From the NCBI GenBank assembly GCA_963662315.1, contig OY759353.1, forward strand, positions 1,408,001 through 1,472,000: a stretch of 64,000 nt of DNA, read 5' to 3'. The notes below the pieces were generated by a model. It was not told the DNA's origin and ran no database searches. It saw only the letters and a list, made by a program, of their open reading frames with translations. Position numbers and translations under genes: made by a program. Shown in pieces: positions 55,341 to 64,000 of the stretch (position 1 is the first letter of the stretch; every line of letters begins with the position of its first letter). The DNA is from Geopsychrobacteraceae bacterium (GTDB lineage: Bacteria > Desulfobacterota > Desulfuromonadia > Desulfuromonadales > Geopsychrobacteraceae).

Positions 55341-58214
55341 ATGAGTAAGAAGATGCTGATCAACGCCTCCCACCCGGAGGAAAATCGGGTGGCGATCGTT
55401 GTTGACGGGATTTTGAGCGAGCTCGACATTGAGATCGCAGGGCAGGAACAGAGCAAGGGTAATATCTATAAAGCGGTTGTGGTCCGTGTTGAAACGGGTC
55501 TGCAAGCCGCTTTTGTTGATTATGGCGCAGAAAAGCTCGGCTTTTTGCAGATCGGAGAACTTCATCCGAATCTGTACCCACCCAAAGATGAGACCAAAGG
55601 TCGCCCGCGTATTGCTGACATTCTTAAGCGGGGTCAGGAGATACTGGTACAGATCGTTAAAGAAGAACGTGGCAACAAAGGCGCTGCCTTAACTACTTTT
55701 CTGTCGATCCCCGGCCGCTACATGGTTCTCATGCCCGACAGCACGACCAAAGGTGTATCGCGCAAAATAGCTGATGATACCGAGCGCAAAAAACTTAAAA
55801 AGACCATGGCGGAGCTGGACCTGCCGGAACGGATGGGATACATCGTCAGAACCGCCGGTATCGGTAAAGACAAAGATGAACTGAAGCGAGATTTTGATTA
55901 TCTGGTACGACTGTTTGAAGGGATTACAGCACATAAAGATCAGATCAAAGCCCCAGCTCAACTGTACCAGGAATCCAATCTGGCCATTCGTTCAATCCGC
56001 GACTATTTCACAACTGACATCGATGAAGTTCTCATTGACTCCCAAACTGTCTATCAGGATGCCAAAGACTTTTTTTCTTTGGTCATGCCGGAACTGGGGC
56101 ACCTGGTCAAGCAACACCGGGAAAGACGACCAATTTTTTCCCGTTATCAGATTGAAGAACAGATCGACGCTCTGGCCAAAAATCAGATTGCACTCCCCTC
56201 TGGTGGGTCGATCGTGATTGATCAGACAGAAGCTCTCGTTGCAATCGATGTTAACTCAGGAAAAATGGCGAGTGAAAGCGGGATTGAAGCAACAGCGCTG
56301 AAAACCAACCTTGAAGCCGCTACAGAAGTCGGCCGCCAGTTACGCTTGCGAGACCTGGGTGGTCTTATTGTCATTGACTTCATTGATATGCGAGATCGCA
56401 AGAATACTCGTGAAGTAGAACAAGCTCTGCGCAAAGCTTTAAAAAACGACAAAGCAAAAGTATCTGTCGGCCGTATCAGTCAGTTTGGATTACTTGAAAT
56501 GAGTCGTCAGCGGCTTAAGCCAGTTCTCAGCGTCGGATCCTTCCTCCCCTGCCCTCACTGTAAAGGAGCGGGCAAAATAAAAAGTGCTGAAGCACAAGCC
56601 GTAACGCTGCTGCGCCAAATCCACACGGCGGCGTCCAAGGGGCATATCGCCTACATTGACGCTACCGTGCCAATGGAAGTGGCTAACTACCTGCTTAACC
56701 AGAAACGCGCGACCATCGTTACGCTCGAAAAGCAACTTGAGCTGGAAATTACTATTCTGGGTTCCAGCAAACTGCTGCCAGGCGAAATTGAAGTAGAAAC
56801 ACGCAAGAAAGAAAAAGAGCAGGAAAATGACCGGCAGATCGCTCCAATATCCCATGCCAACCAGATTGAAGTCGCTCTGGCGGCTCAGCAGGAGGAGCAG
56901 GATAGCTCAGCACTACAAAATGACGAAGCAGACACAGTTGACCAAGACGAGTTGACAACTGAAGCGATTCCAGAGTCTCAGCAGGAGCCAGTGAAAAAGA
57001 AACGTCGCAGGCGGCGGCGTAAGCCTTCTGCAAAAAGCACGGACATCAAAGGTGAGGATCAACCCGATAGTACAGGGTTGCCACAGGCCGAAACTGCTGA
57101 AGATAGCGCAGCAACCCAAGAAGATCAGCCTGTTGCTACCGCGGATACCGCTAATGCCATAGGGCATTCAACAGAGCTTAATGAACCCGCTATAACTGCT
57201 ACTGACAGCCCACTACCTGCCCCTGTCGTTGATGAAGAGAAAAAGCCCCGGCGGCGGTCAAGACGTCAGTCGCGCAAAAAGCCGGCCGGAGAAATTGCGG
57301 CCCCTAAACAAGAAGAAGGGGTTCCAGTTTCAGCTACCGAGTCAACCACGGAAAAACCTGAAACGCAAATATCTGATGCACAACCGGAAACCCCGAAAAA
57401 CACAGCAGTACCTGAGGTCGGACAAGCTGCGACTGAGGAAAAACCAAAACGGCGTAGCCGAAGAACATCTTCTTCAGTCAAAACGAAACATCAGGACACG
57501 ACAGTAGCTTTGTCCCAGGAATCAGATACAGCTCCAACCACTTCAGGTGTTAAGCGATCAAACGATGATACCCCCAAAACAAGCATTGCTGCGACCTCAG
57601 AACCAAAGGAACAGAAAACGGCCGACCCAGTCCAGACATTGACAGAGACAGCAAAGGGTATACCCGCAGATGGAGAGGTTGAAAAAACTGCCGCGGAAAA
57701 ACCAAAACGCAGGACCAGACGCTCACCCCAAAAAACAACGGCTGAGAAAATTACCCAAACAGTCGCTGCACCAGAAGAAAAACCTGTGACAGCAGCCGTA
57801 AATGAAGCCGCAGAGAATCCGAAACGCAGAAGCTCGGCAACTCGGACAAAAACTGCAGCACCTATCGAGAGGACTGTAATCAAACCGGTCGAAACGGAAA
57901 CGGTCGCACCTAAAGCCCAACCAGTCACAGCAACGGATACAGCGACAGCGGGATCACTTGCAGCAGTTAAGTCAACCGGTCAAGCTTCGCCAGAACTTCA
58001 AAAATCTGCCCCTGGCGAAGAAAAACCAAAGCGACGGAGCAGAAGAACAACGGCCAAAACGAAAAGTGCCACAGATTCTACCGTAAAGGCAGCTGAACCC
58101 TCTGCAGACACAGCCGCCGAGGAGAAGCCAAAACGTCGCACGCGAAAAACGACCACAAAAACCAAAACTGCAGTGGCGCCGGACGATGCGCCATCAGAAC
58201 CTGCCGCAGAATAA
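55341..58214 (+). CDS. rne: Ribonuclease E (Rne/Rng family) with a long disordered C-terminus
   Basis: KMLINA..EENRVAIV, GNIYKA, AAFVDYG, IDVNSG, RLRDLGGLIVIDFIDM, CPHCKG Zn-link. Confidence 0.95.
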   Translation: MSKKMLINASHPEENRVAIVVDGILSELDIEIAGQEQSKGNIYKAVVVRVETGLQAAFVDYGAEKLGFLQIGELHPNLYPPKDETKGRPRIADILKRGQEILVQIVKEERGNKGAALTTFLSIPGRYMVLMPDSTTKGVSRKIADDTERKKLKKTMAELDLPERMGYIVRTAGIGKDKDELKRDFDYLVRLFEGITAHKDQIKAPAQLYQESNLAIRSIRDYFTTDIDEVLIDSQTVYQDAKDFFSLVMPELGHLVKQHRERRPIFSRYQIEEQIDALAKNQIALPSGGSIVIDQTEALVAIDVNSGKMASESGIEATALKTNLEAATEVGRQLRLRDLGGLIVIDFIDMRDRKNTREVEQALRKALKNDKAKVSVGRISQFGLLEMSRQRLKPVLSVGSFLPCPHCKGAGKIKSAEAQAVTLLRQIHTAASKGHIAYIDATVPMEVANYLLNQKRATIVTLEKQLELEITILGSSKLLPGEIEVETRKKEKEQENDRQIAPISHANQIEVALAAQQEEQDSSALQNDEADTVDQDELTTEAIPESQQEPVKKKRRRRRRKPSAKSTDIKGEDQPDSTGLPQAETAEDSAATQEDQPVATADTANAIGHSTELNEPAITATDSPLPAPVVDEEKKPRRRSRRQSRKKPAGEIAAPKQEEGVPVSATESTTEKPETQISDAQPETPKNTAVPEVGQAATEEKPKRRSRRTSSSVKTKHQDTTVALSQESDTAPTTSGVKRSNDDTPKTSIAATSEPKEQKTADPVQTLTETAKGIPADGEVEKTAAEKPKRRTRRSPQKTTAEKITQTVAAPEEKPVTAAVNEAAENPKRRSSATRTKTAAPIERTVIKPVETETVAPKAQPVTATDTATAGSLAAVKSTGQASPELQKSAPGEEKPKRRSRRTTAKTKSATDSTVKAAEPSADTAAEEKPKRRTRKTTTKTKTAVAPDDAPSEPAAE

Positions 58215-58253
58215 AATAATCGCCCGGAGCTAATAGCCCCGGGCGATTATTTT
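58213..58253. terminator. Bidirectional intrinsic terminator
   Basis: AAAATAATCGCCCGG ... CCGGGCGATTATTTT. Confidence 0.85.
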
Positions 58254-58281
58254 TGTTGGACAGGTATTATTCCAGGCCAAT

Positions 58282-60081
58282 TCAGGGCTGAACGCTAACA
58301 GTGTTCAGCAGTCCATCAATTGTTTTAAGCGCTTTGCTGAACACCAATTCCTGGCGACTGTTTTCAGATGTCAACGCTTCGTTTTGACGTAACGCTATTT
58401 CCATGGCCTGTCTGGTCCCCTGAATGGTTTTGTCCAATTCACTGTTTAACTGAACCCGATACGTGCGGAAACTTTCATCAAGTCCCTGCCTTAATGCCCA
58501 AGCGATCTGTTCAACATTCAACCCGATCAGTTTCAAAGCTTCCTGCCGTAAGCGCTGCACTGTCTTTTTGTGGCGATACTTTTTAGTAAAAAATTTACGT
58601 GACAATTTCTGCCCCAAAGGGTCCATGTCTGAAATAAACAGATCACTACTCCACCCAGGAATATCAAAGTTGACAATTGCCTGACCAGCTTTAGGTGCAT
58701 GGTAGGGAATCGCGAACAGATCCGCAGCAACCTTTCGGACTTTTTCAATCAGGTCATCACAACGTTGCTGATGCAACTGTAACAATTTGACCGCCTCATG
58801 ATGAATGCTCTCCACTGTTGCGCGCATAGCCGGGGTAAAAACAACAGGAATCTTATCAACCAGAACCTGCCGACACAGGCGTTCAAGCTCTTCAGTGTCA
58901 TCAACACTTTGCAGCAAATTATCAACCGGCTTAAGAATCTTTTCTTTCGCCACAGAGCGCACATCATTAATTTTGCCATTCAAAATAGCCACAGCACGTG
59001 CATGATCCCCTTCAAGGACATCATCTGCCGCCTGTTTCTCTCGTTCAATAGCAGGTAGCGCATTACGAAACTGTGAAATTTTGTTATTCAGTTCTTCTTC
59101 AGTCAACTGCAGAGCAGTTATAGAGAGTTTCAGGCGCAGCTGAATATTCAGCAACTGGTCATGTAAGCGACGTTGCAGCGATTCAAAAAGAACCTGCTTT
59201 TTTTCCGCCGCAAAAAATTCAATCAGACTGTTTTCGACCTCGTACATACCACTTCGTACCCAGCCGCTGTTATCATGCGCCAGCCTGGCACGCAGTCCAT
59301 TACGCGCAGAAATCGGGATAATATGAGGAACCGCCTGACATAACGGCTTAAGCTGATCAGCAAGAAAATTCAGCGAGGCAACTCGCTCCCTATCGTCGAG
59401 ATTATCGACTTTATTCAGCAGGAAGAAGGTCCGCGGCAGATGTTGCCGGATATCCTGAAGATAACTCAGTTCTGCTTCAGTAATAGGCGGATCGGCTGAC
59501 ACCAGAAATAAGGCGGCATCACAGTGGGGCAGAACCTGGTAGGCCACCTCAGTGTTGTGCTTATGGGTGGATCCGATGCCGGGGGTATCTATCAGAACTA
59601 CGCCCTGCTTCAGGATAGCTGCAGGATAACCAACTTCGACCCTATCCACGCCCAACTGGTTCTGGGGGTTTCCTGCCTCGGTTGCATATTTGCTCAAATA
59701 AGCAGCCAGAGAAAGCTTTCCGTCAGCCTCGAAACGCGCCGGTTCAATCTTGTCGTTTATAAAAAATACAGTTACCGAAGCAGTATTGGCCGCTTTTATA
59801 TAGGTCGGGATCGCTGTAACCGGCAAGATATCCGTTGCAAGCAGATCTGCTCCAAGAAGAGCATTCAGCAGGGTACTTTTGCCACGCTTAAACTGTCCCA
59901 GTACGGCAAGACGAAAAGTCCCGACCTGAAAACGCTCCTGCAACTGATCCAGGTTCGCCAAAGCGTCATCATAATCAGGACTGAAATCCGCCAGGCACTG
60001 ACGTGCCTGCTCAAGTAATTGTCCTAGGTTAGCATCCCCATCCGTGGCAGACGATACGGATGGCGGTACAGCTTCGTTCAT
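58282..60081 (-). CDS. Bacterial dynamin-like GTPase
   Basis: G1 GQFKRGKST, G2 LPVT, G3 DTPG, G4 NKVD, ISAR, then a long helical stalk. Confidence 0.88.
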   Translation of the reverse strand: MNEAVPPSVSSATDGDANLGQLLEQARQCLADFSPDYDDALANLDQLQERFQVGTFRLAVLGQFKRGKSTLLNALLGADLLATDILPVTAIPTYIKAANTASVTVFFINDKIEPARFEADGKLSLAAYLSKYATEAGNPQNQLGVDRVEVGYPAAILKQGVVLIDTPGIGSTHKHNTEVAYQVLPHCDAALFLVSADPPITEAELSYLQDIRQHLPRTFFLLNKVDNLDDRERVASLNFLADQLKPLCQAVPHIIPISARNGLRARLAHDNSGWVRSGMYEVENSLIEFFAAEKKQVLFESLQRRLHDQLLNIQLRLKLSITALQLTEEELNNKISQFRNALPAIEREKQAADDVLEGDHARAVAILNGKINDVRSVAKEKILKPVDNLLQSVDDTEELERLCRQVLVDKIPVVFTPAMRATVESIHHEAVKLLQLHQQRCDDLIEKVRKVAADLFAIPYHAPKAGQAIVNFDIPGWSSDLFISDMDPLGQKLSRKFFTKKYRHKKTVQRLRQEALKLIGLNVEQIAWALRQGLDESFRTYRVQLNSELDKTIQGTRQAMEIALRQNEALTSENSRQELVFSKALKTIDGLLNTVSVQP

Positions 60082-60212
60082 TTAACACACCTACATGTAT
60101 AATTTGGAAAAAAGCAAATAAAAGTTCGTCCGTGACGATTGAATAGTTACTTAGAATAACACAGATCGACTGGAGGACTGAAGCGATTCAGCCCTCCAGA
60201 AAGAAAATCGGA

Positions 60213-61172
60213 TCAGGACAAGATATCTGAATAGAGGTCGCTGCTCAGATAACGCTCCCCGGAATCAGGCAGGATAACGACAATATGTTTATCTTGATAT
60301 TCAGGCATGGCAGCCAATCGCGCAGCAACTGCAGTCGCAGCCCCACAGGAAATCCCCGCCAGAATCCCCTCTTCCCGAGCCAGGCGCCTGGCAAAGGTAT
60401 AAGAATCGTCATTGCTGACGGTTTCAACCCGGTCAATCAGGCTGAGATCCAAGGTTTCAGGAAGGAATCCGGCTCCGATCCCCTGGATTTTGTGGGGGCC
60501 GGGTTGGAGCATTTCTCCAGCGAGATGCTGACTGATAACCGGGCTATCTTCCGGCTCAACAGCAACCACGGTGATATTTTTGCCGCACTCCTGCTTGATG
60601 TAACGCGCGATACCACTAATGGTACCACCGGTGCCAACACCGGCAATAAGAACATCAACCTGACCGTCAGTATCTGCCCAGATTTCGGGCCCGGTCGTTT
60701 TGAAATGAGCTTGAGGATTTGCCGGATTGCGAAACTGATTGAGAAGAAGATACTGTTCCGGATATTCACCGGCCAGACGCTCGGCCTCGGCAACGGCCCC
60801 CGACATCCCTTTGACACTCGAGGTCAATAACACGTTGGCACCTAATACTTTAAGAATTTTACGCCGCTCCATACTCATGGTTTCTGGCATCGTCAGAGTC
60901 AACGTGATTCCTTTGGCTGCGGCAACAAACGCCAGAGCAATACCGGTATTACCACTGGTAGGTTCAATAATCTCCATACCAGGCTTAAGAACACCGCGCT
61001 CAATAGCATCGTTAATCATGGCTGCGCCAATACGACACTTTACTGAATAAGCCGGGTTACGTCCTTCGATCTTACCATAGACATTCGCTGTGGAAGGTGG
61101 GACAACTTTATTAAGTCGGACCAGGGGGGTTGCGCCTATCGCCAAAGAATTGTCCGCAAAAATACGAGCCAT
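60213..61172 (-). CDS. cysK: Cysteine synthase A
   Basis: [49 protein letters not shown] 61172 after AGGAG. Confidence 0.96.
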   Translation of the reverse strand: MARIFADNSLAIGATPLVRLNKVVPPSTANVYGKIEGRNPAYSVKCRIGAAMINDAIERGVLKPGMEIIEPTSGNTGIALAFVAAAKGITLTLTMPETMSMERRKILKVLGANVLLTSSVKGMSGAVAEAERLAGEYPEQYLLLNQFRNPANPQAHFKTTGPEIWADTDGQVDVLIAGVGTGGTISGIARYIKQECGKNITVVAVEPEDSPVISQHLAGEMLQPGPHKIQGIGAGFLPETLDLSLIDRVETVSNDDSYTFARRLAREEGILAGISCGAATAVAARLAAMPEYQDKHIVVILPDSGERYLSSDLYSDILS

Positions 61173-61251
61173 ATCGGTATCTCCTGTAGTAAATGGCACT
61201 TTTCCAAGTAAAGTTCAACCTCACAAAAACCTCATGGAATATAGCCATTGA

Positions 61252-61280
61252 ACTATAAAGTAACACAGCACCACAGTCAA
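61252..61280 (-). promoter_or_regulatory. sigma70-type promoter of cysK
   Basis: Minus strand TTGACT-N17-TATAGT. Confidence 0.65.
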
Positions 61281-61369
61281 CAAAGACCCCAAAGGATTTA
61301 CGCAATATTCATGACAACATCAGCAACTTAATTATGAAGAGATGATTTAATGAGAAGAAGGACAAAACA

Positions 61370-61398
61370 GCCGCAGAGAATAATGTTCTCTGCGGCTC
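61370..61398 (-). terminator. Terminator after the Gly-rich protein gene
   Basis: AGCCGCAGAGAA-taatg-TTCTCTGCGGCT, followed on the minus strand by GTTTT. Confidence 0.7.
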
Positions 61399-61427
61399 TT
61401 AAATCAACGCCTTTTACAGACGGAAAC

Positions 61428-61832
61428 TCAGGGGTTAGTCGTATCGTCGGTTGGCTCCGACGCATCATCACGCAACTGATTGACACGTTCCTGATATTGA
61501 TGAGAGTATTGATTCATCTCTTGAGACTCTGCCCGAACCTGATTCATTTCCATATGGGTCGCAGTATTGGCTTCACCTGCAGAAGCTCCACCATTACCGT
61601 TTCCACCACCAGAGTCGCTGCCATTTCCACCACCGGAGTCGCTGCCGTTTCCACCACCGGAGTCGCTGCCGTTTCCACCACCGGAGTCGCTGCCACCGTT
61701 ACCTCCTCCGCCTCTGGCAAAGGCGAGCGTTGATATCACTCCTCCTTTGCCCAGGTCAAAGGTAAATGGGCTCAAGACCAAAGCAATAATCAACGCAATA
61801 ATCAAAGACCTGCCACATAGCATCGTTTTCAT
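61428..61832 (-). CDS. Exported Gly/Asn/Ser-rich repeat protein
   Basis: AAGGAGG RBS, hydrophobic N-terminus, AFA cleavage-like site, (GGGNGSDS)x4. Confidence 0.75.
   Translation of the reverse strand: MKTMLCGRSLIIALIIALVLSPFTFDLGKGGVISTLAFARGGGGNGGSDSGGGNGSDSGGGNGSDSGGGNGSDSGGGNGNGGASAGEANTATHMEMNQVRAESQEMNQYSHQYQERVNQLRDDASEPTDDTTNP
61597..61694. repeat. 24-bp tandem repeat, 4 copies (CCGTTTCCACCACCGGAGTCGCTG)
   Basis: Units start at 61597, 61621, 61645 and 61669 with single synonymous differences. Confidence 0.95.
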
Positions 61833-61881
61833 TTTTTCCTCCTTTAGATAGAACGCTGGAATTAGCGCGGTCACTAATAAC

Positions 61882-61907
61882 AACGCCCCAAGAGGAAAAC
61901 GGTTGAC
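61882..61907 (-). promoter_or_regulatory. ECF-type promoter GTCAACC-N14-GCGTT
   Basis: Same boxes and spacing as the promoter at 22849-22874. Confidence 0.7.
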
Positions 61908-61910
61908 GCC

Positions 61911-62609
61911 TTATTTACTCTTCAGGAAAAGAACAATCGCCCCTTGTCCACCATAACGCTGCGGTGCGTAGCCCCATTCAGCGATGTCATCCTTACCAAT
62001 CCTGGCAATAACATGCTCGGCTTCATCACGTAACACCGCCTCACCAGACGTGGAATGTAAACCGCGTCCGGTAATGAGCAATAAGGTTTGCCAGCCATGA
62101 TAACGAGCATCCTCTATAAAATGTTTCAGCTTGGGGGCAACATCGGCACACGTCAGACCATGCAGATCAAGGCTTGCATCCGGGGTAATCTTCCCCTGTC
62201 GCAATTGCTTCATGCGCCGTGGCAGAGGTGCTCTCTTTGCTGTCGTTTCCTCTTCGTAATCGGGTTCGCTGAAGCGAACTTCAAGGTCCTGCATCGCAGC
62301 TAAAAACAGTTCATCTCCGGAGAGCGTTTTATCTTCAGGAGGCTCACTGATATCTGCATCCAATAGATCAATAATAGCCTCATCAGCCAAGCCATCATCA
62401 GCGTCAGCATGGATAGGCTTTACCCCAAGCAGGGTCATCTCGTCATGGAAAGAAGCAGGCTTGGACGGTGGAGGAACGGGAATATCGACGGGCTGGCTCG
62501 GCATAAATTTTGGTTTTGACGGATCAGGAACAGAAACCCCCTTCAGTTGGCTGAAGGGGGTACTGGTAAACTCTTTTTTACTAGTTTTTTTTGACTTTTT
62601 ACGTGCCAT
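61911..62609 (-). CDS. Smr/MutS2 domain protein
   Basis: LRQGKITPDASLDLHGL, LITGRGLHS, YGGQGAIVLFL. Confidence 0.9.
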   Translation of the reverse strand: MARKKSKKTSKKEFTSTPFSQLKGVSVPDPSKPKFMPSQPVDIPVPPPSKPASFHDEMTLLGVKPIHADADDGLADEAIIDLLDADISEPPEDKTLSGDELFLAAMQDLEVRFSEPDYEEETTAKRAPLPRRMKQLRQGKITPDASLDLHGLTCADVAPKLKHFIEDARYHGWQTLLLITGRGLHSTSGEAVLRDEAEHVIARIGKDDIAEWGYAPQRYGGQGAIVLFLKSK

Positions 62610-62615
62610 TCACAA

Positions 62616-63341
62616 CTACCGTATAACTTGCTTACGACGACCGGTCATGGCTTTCGTTTGTTGTTTAATAATAGCGCCTTGTTTTTCCAGATGAAACTGA
62701 TACCACATATCGCCAAAGCCTTTCATCTTCATGCGTTTACCTGCTTCGAGCAGAGCAACGTTTTCACTCAGACGTTCATCGCCACCGGTCTTCTTGATAC
62801 CGTTTTTCAGGACCTCAATAGCCTGGCTTTTTTCATGAATATGATCGAGGCAAAAAGCATACAGAGCGTAGACCATCGGTTCTTTACGGCTCCCGGCAAT
62901 TGTCTTCTCAAAGGTTTCTTTCATTTTTCCCGGCTTGTTCTTTTTCATGTAACTGATGGCAAGCATCGCCATGGCCGCCCAATGACGCACAAACCCTTTT
63001 TCAAGGTAAGGAATCGCATCGTTAAATTCACGCTTAATATAGTGAATGCTACCAATCTGGGAATTGATCTGTTGCTTGATATAAAACTGCCACAGGTTGT
63101 ATTTCATGGCAGCCTGCAGATCGCGAATCGCTTTTTCACTGCGATTAGCCATAACGTCACGTTGCGCCTGCTGCATGATTTCACCCAGCTTTTTCATAAC
63201 CAGACGAGCAACCAACAGAAAAACAGCAAAAAAGACGACCAGAGCGGCAATACCAACATACCATTGGTTTGTCGTGACAAACCGAATCATCAGAGCTGAG
63301 GTCAGTGCAGAACATGCAAATGAAATAAGAGCATTAAGCAT
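62616..63341 (-). CDS. Membrane-anchored TPR-like hypothetical protein
   Basis: Two N-terminal TMs and helical repeats (AIPYLEK, AIEVLKNG); ATG 63341 after AAAGGA. Confidence 0.7.
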   Translation of the reverse strand: MLNALISFACSALTSALMIRFVTTNQWYVGIAALVVFFAVFLLVARLVMKKLGEIMQQAQRDVMANRSEKAIRDLQAAMKYNLWQFYIKQQINSQIGSIHYIKREFNDAIPYLEKGFVRHWAAMAMLAISYMKKNKPGKMKETFEKTIAGSRKEPMVYALYAFCLDHIHEKSQAIEVLKNGIKKTGGDERLSENVALLEAGKRMKMKGFGDMWYQFHLEKQGAIIKQQTKAMTGRRKQVIR

Positions 63342-63410
63342 TAGATTGGATCCTTTAGATACAAAATTGTCATCACCAATAAAAACAAAGCCGATCAAAC
63401 TTGGCGCTGA

Positions 63411-63439
63411 ACTTTAACAATCTGTCAGGAAAATGTCAA
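63411..63439 (-). promoter_or_regulatory. sigma70-type promoter
   Basis: Minus strand TTGACA-N17-TAAAGT with an extended TG. Confidence 0.6.
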
Positions 63440-63522
63440 AAGAATCGAGAGCCAGTTCGTTGCCATCTGGAAATACCAGACGGCAGTGCGTAAGTCTTCA
63501 GATGAAGGCAAGGACCGAAGGG

Positions 63523-64000
63523 TTACCCCTGCTGACTGGACGCAACCAGTAACGTCAGGGTCTGCCCCGGCTGCAATACATGTTTTTCAGAAAGATCGTT
63601 CCAGCGCAGGATCTGCTCAGTGGCCACATCAAACTGGCGACCGATCCCCCACAGAGTATCTCCCGGAACAACCTTGTAAACAAGCTTTCTGGTTGGCTTT
63701 TGTTTGTTCTTATTGCTGGCGACGCGAACCCTCCCCGGAGTTGAGACGGTCAGCTCCTGCCCGGGTTTGAGCATATTGCTCCACCCAAGTCGATTCCAGA
63801 CCCTGAGTTCTTTTTCTGAAACCCCAAAACGCCGCGCAATAGACCACAAACTATCCCCGGAACGCACTTTGTAGGTTTTTCTGTAGCTGCGAACGTAGAC
63901 ATCTCCATGAACATTCTGGGGTAGCTTGGTATACCCCTCTTTCAGCGGCAGAATAAGATTGGTCCCTATCTGTATTGCGCGGGGATTTTTAATTTTGTTC
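63523..64000 (-). CDS. Multi-LysM protein C-terminus (probably MltD-like lytic transglycosylase); partial
   Basis: YKVRSGDSLWSIARRFGV and YKVVPGDTLWGIGRQF LysM repeats; frame open to the window end (NKIKNPRAIQIGTNLILP). Confidence 0.85.
   Translation of the reverse strand, partial: NKIKNPRAIQIGTNLILPLKEGYTKLPQNVHGDVYVRSYRKTYKVRSGDSLWSIARRFGVSEKELRVWNRLGWSNMLKPGQELTVSTPGRVRVASNKNKQKPTRKLVYKVVPGDTLWGIGRQFDVATEQILRWNDLSEKHVLQPGQTLTLLVASSQQG

Noticed and set aside
61597..61694. Possible CRISPR array
   Set aside because: The repeats are contiguous with no spacers, in frame within a CDS, and there are no cas genes

Overview
A 64-kb, mostly housekeeping chromosomal segment. Gene content and order (nadC-birA-coaX-EF-G2-SPOR, desulfoferrodoxin, cytochrome bd, CheB/CheR hybrid kinase, MshEN regulator) suggest an anaerobic Desulfuromonadales-type deltaproteobacterium (inference). 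I found no transposase, integrase, prophage, CRISPR array, tRNA or rRNA. Reading the raw sequence gave several elements the ORF track misses or truncates. (1) Two tandem probable selenoprotein genes: an FmdB-type zinc ribbon ending F-T-U-G (3355-3546) and a HesB/IscA-like protein with an internal G-U-G-G-P (3667-3954), each followed by a SECIS-like hairpin. (2) A 27-aa CydX-like membrane peptide after cydB (4017-4100). (3) A probable 6S RNA (about 23645-23826). (4) The same GTCAACC-N14-GCGTT ECF-type promoter in front of an ECF sigma/anti-sigma/DUF3106 operon and, 39 kb away, in front of a Gly-rich tandem-repeat exported protein, which suggests an undescribed ECF regulon. (5) An IscR-type operator between cydAB and a radical SAM gene, a sigma28 promoter in front of an orphan gene, a structured rne leader and a MITE-like hairpin. 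All family assignments are by motif recognition; no database searches were run.
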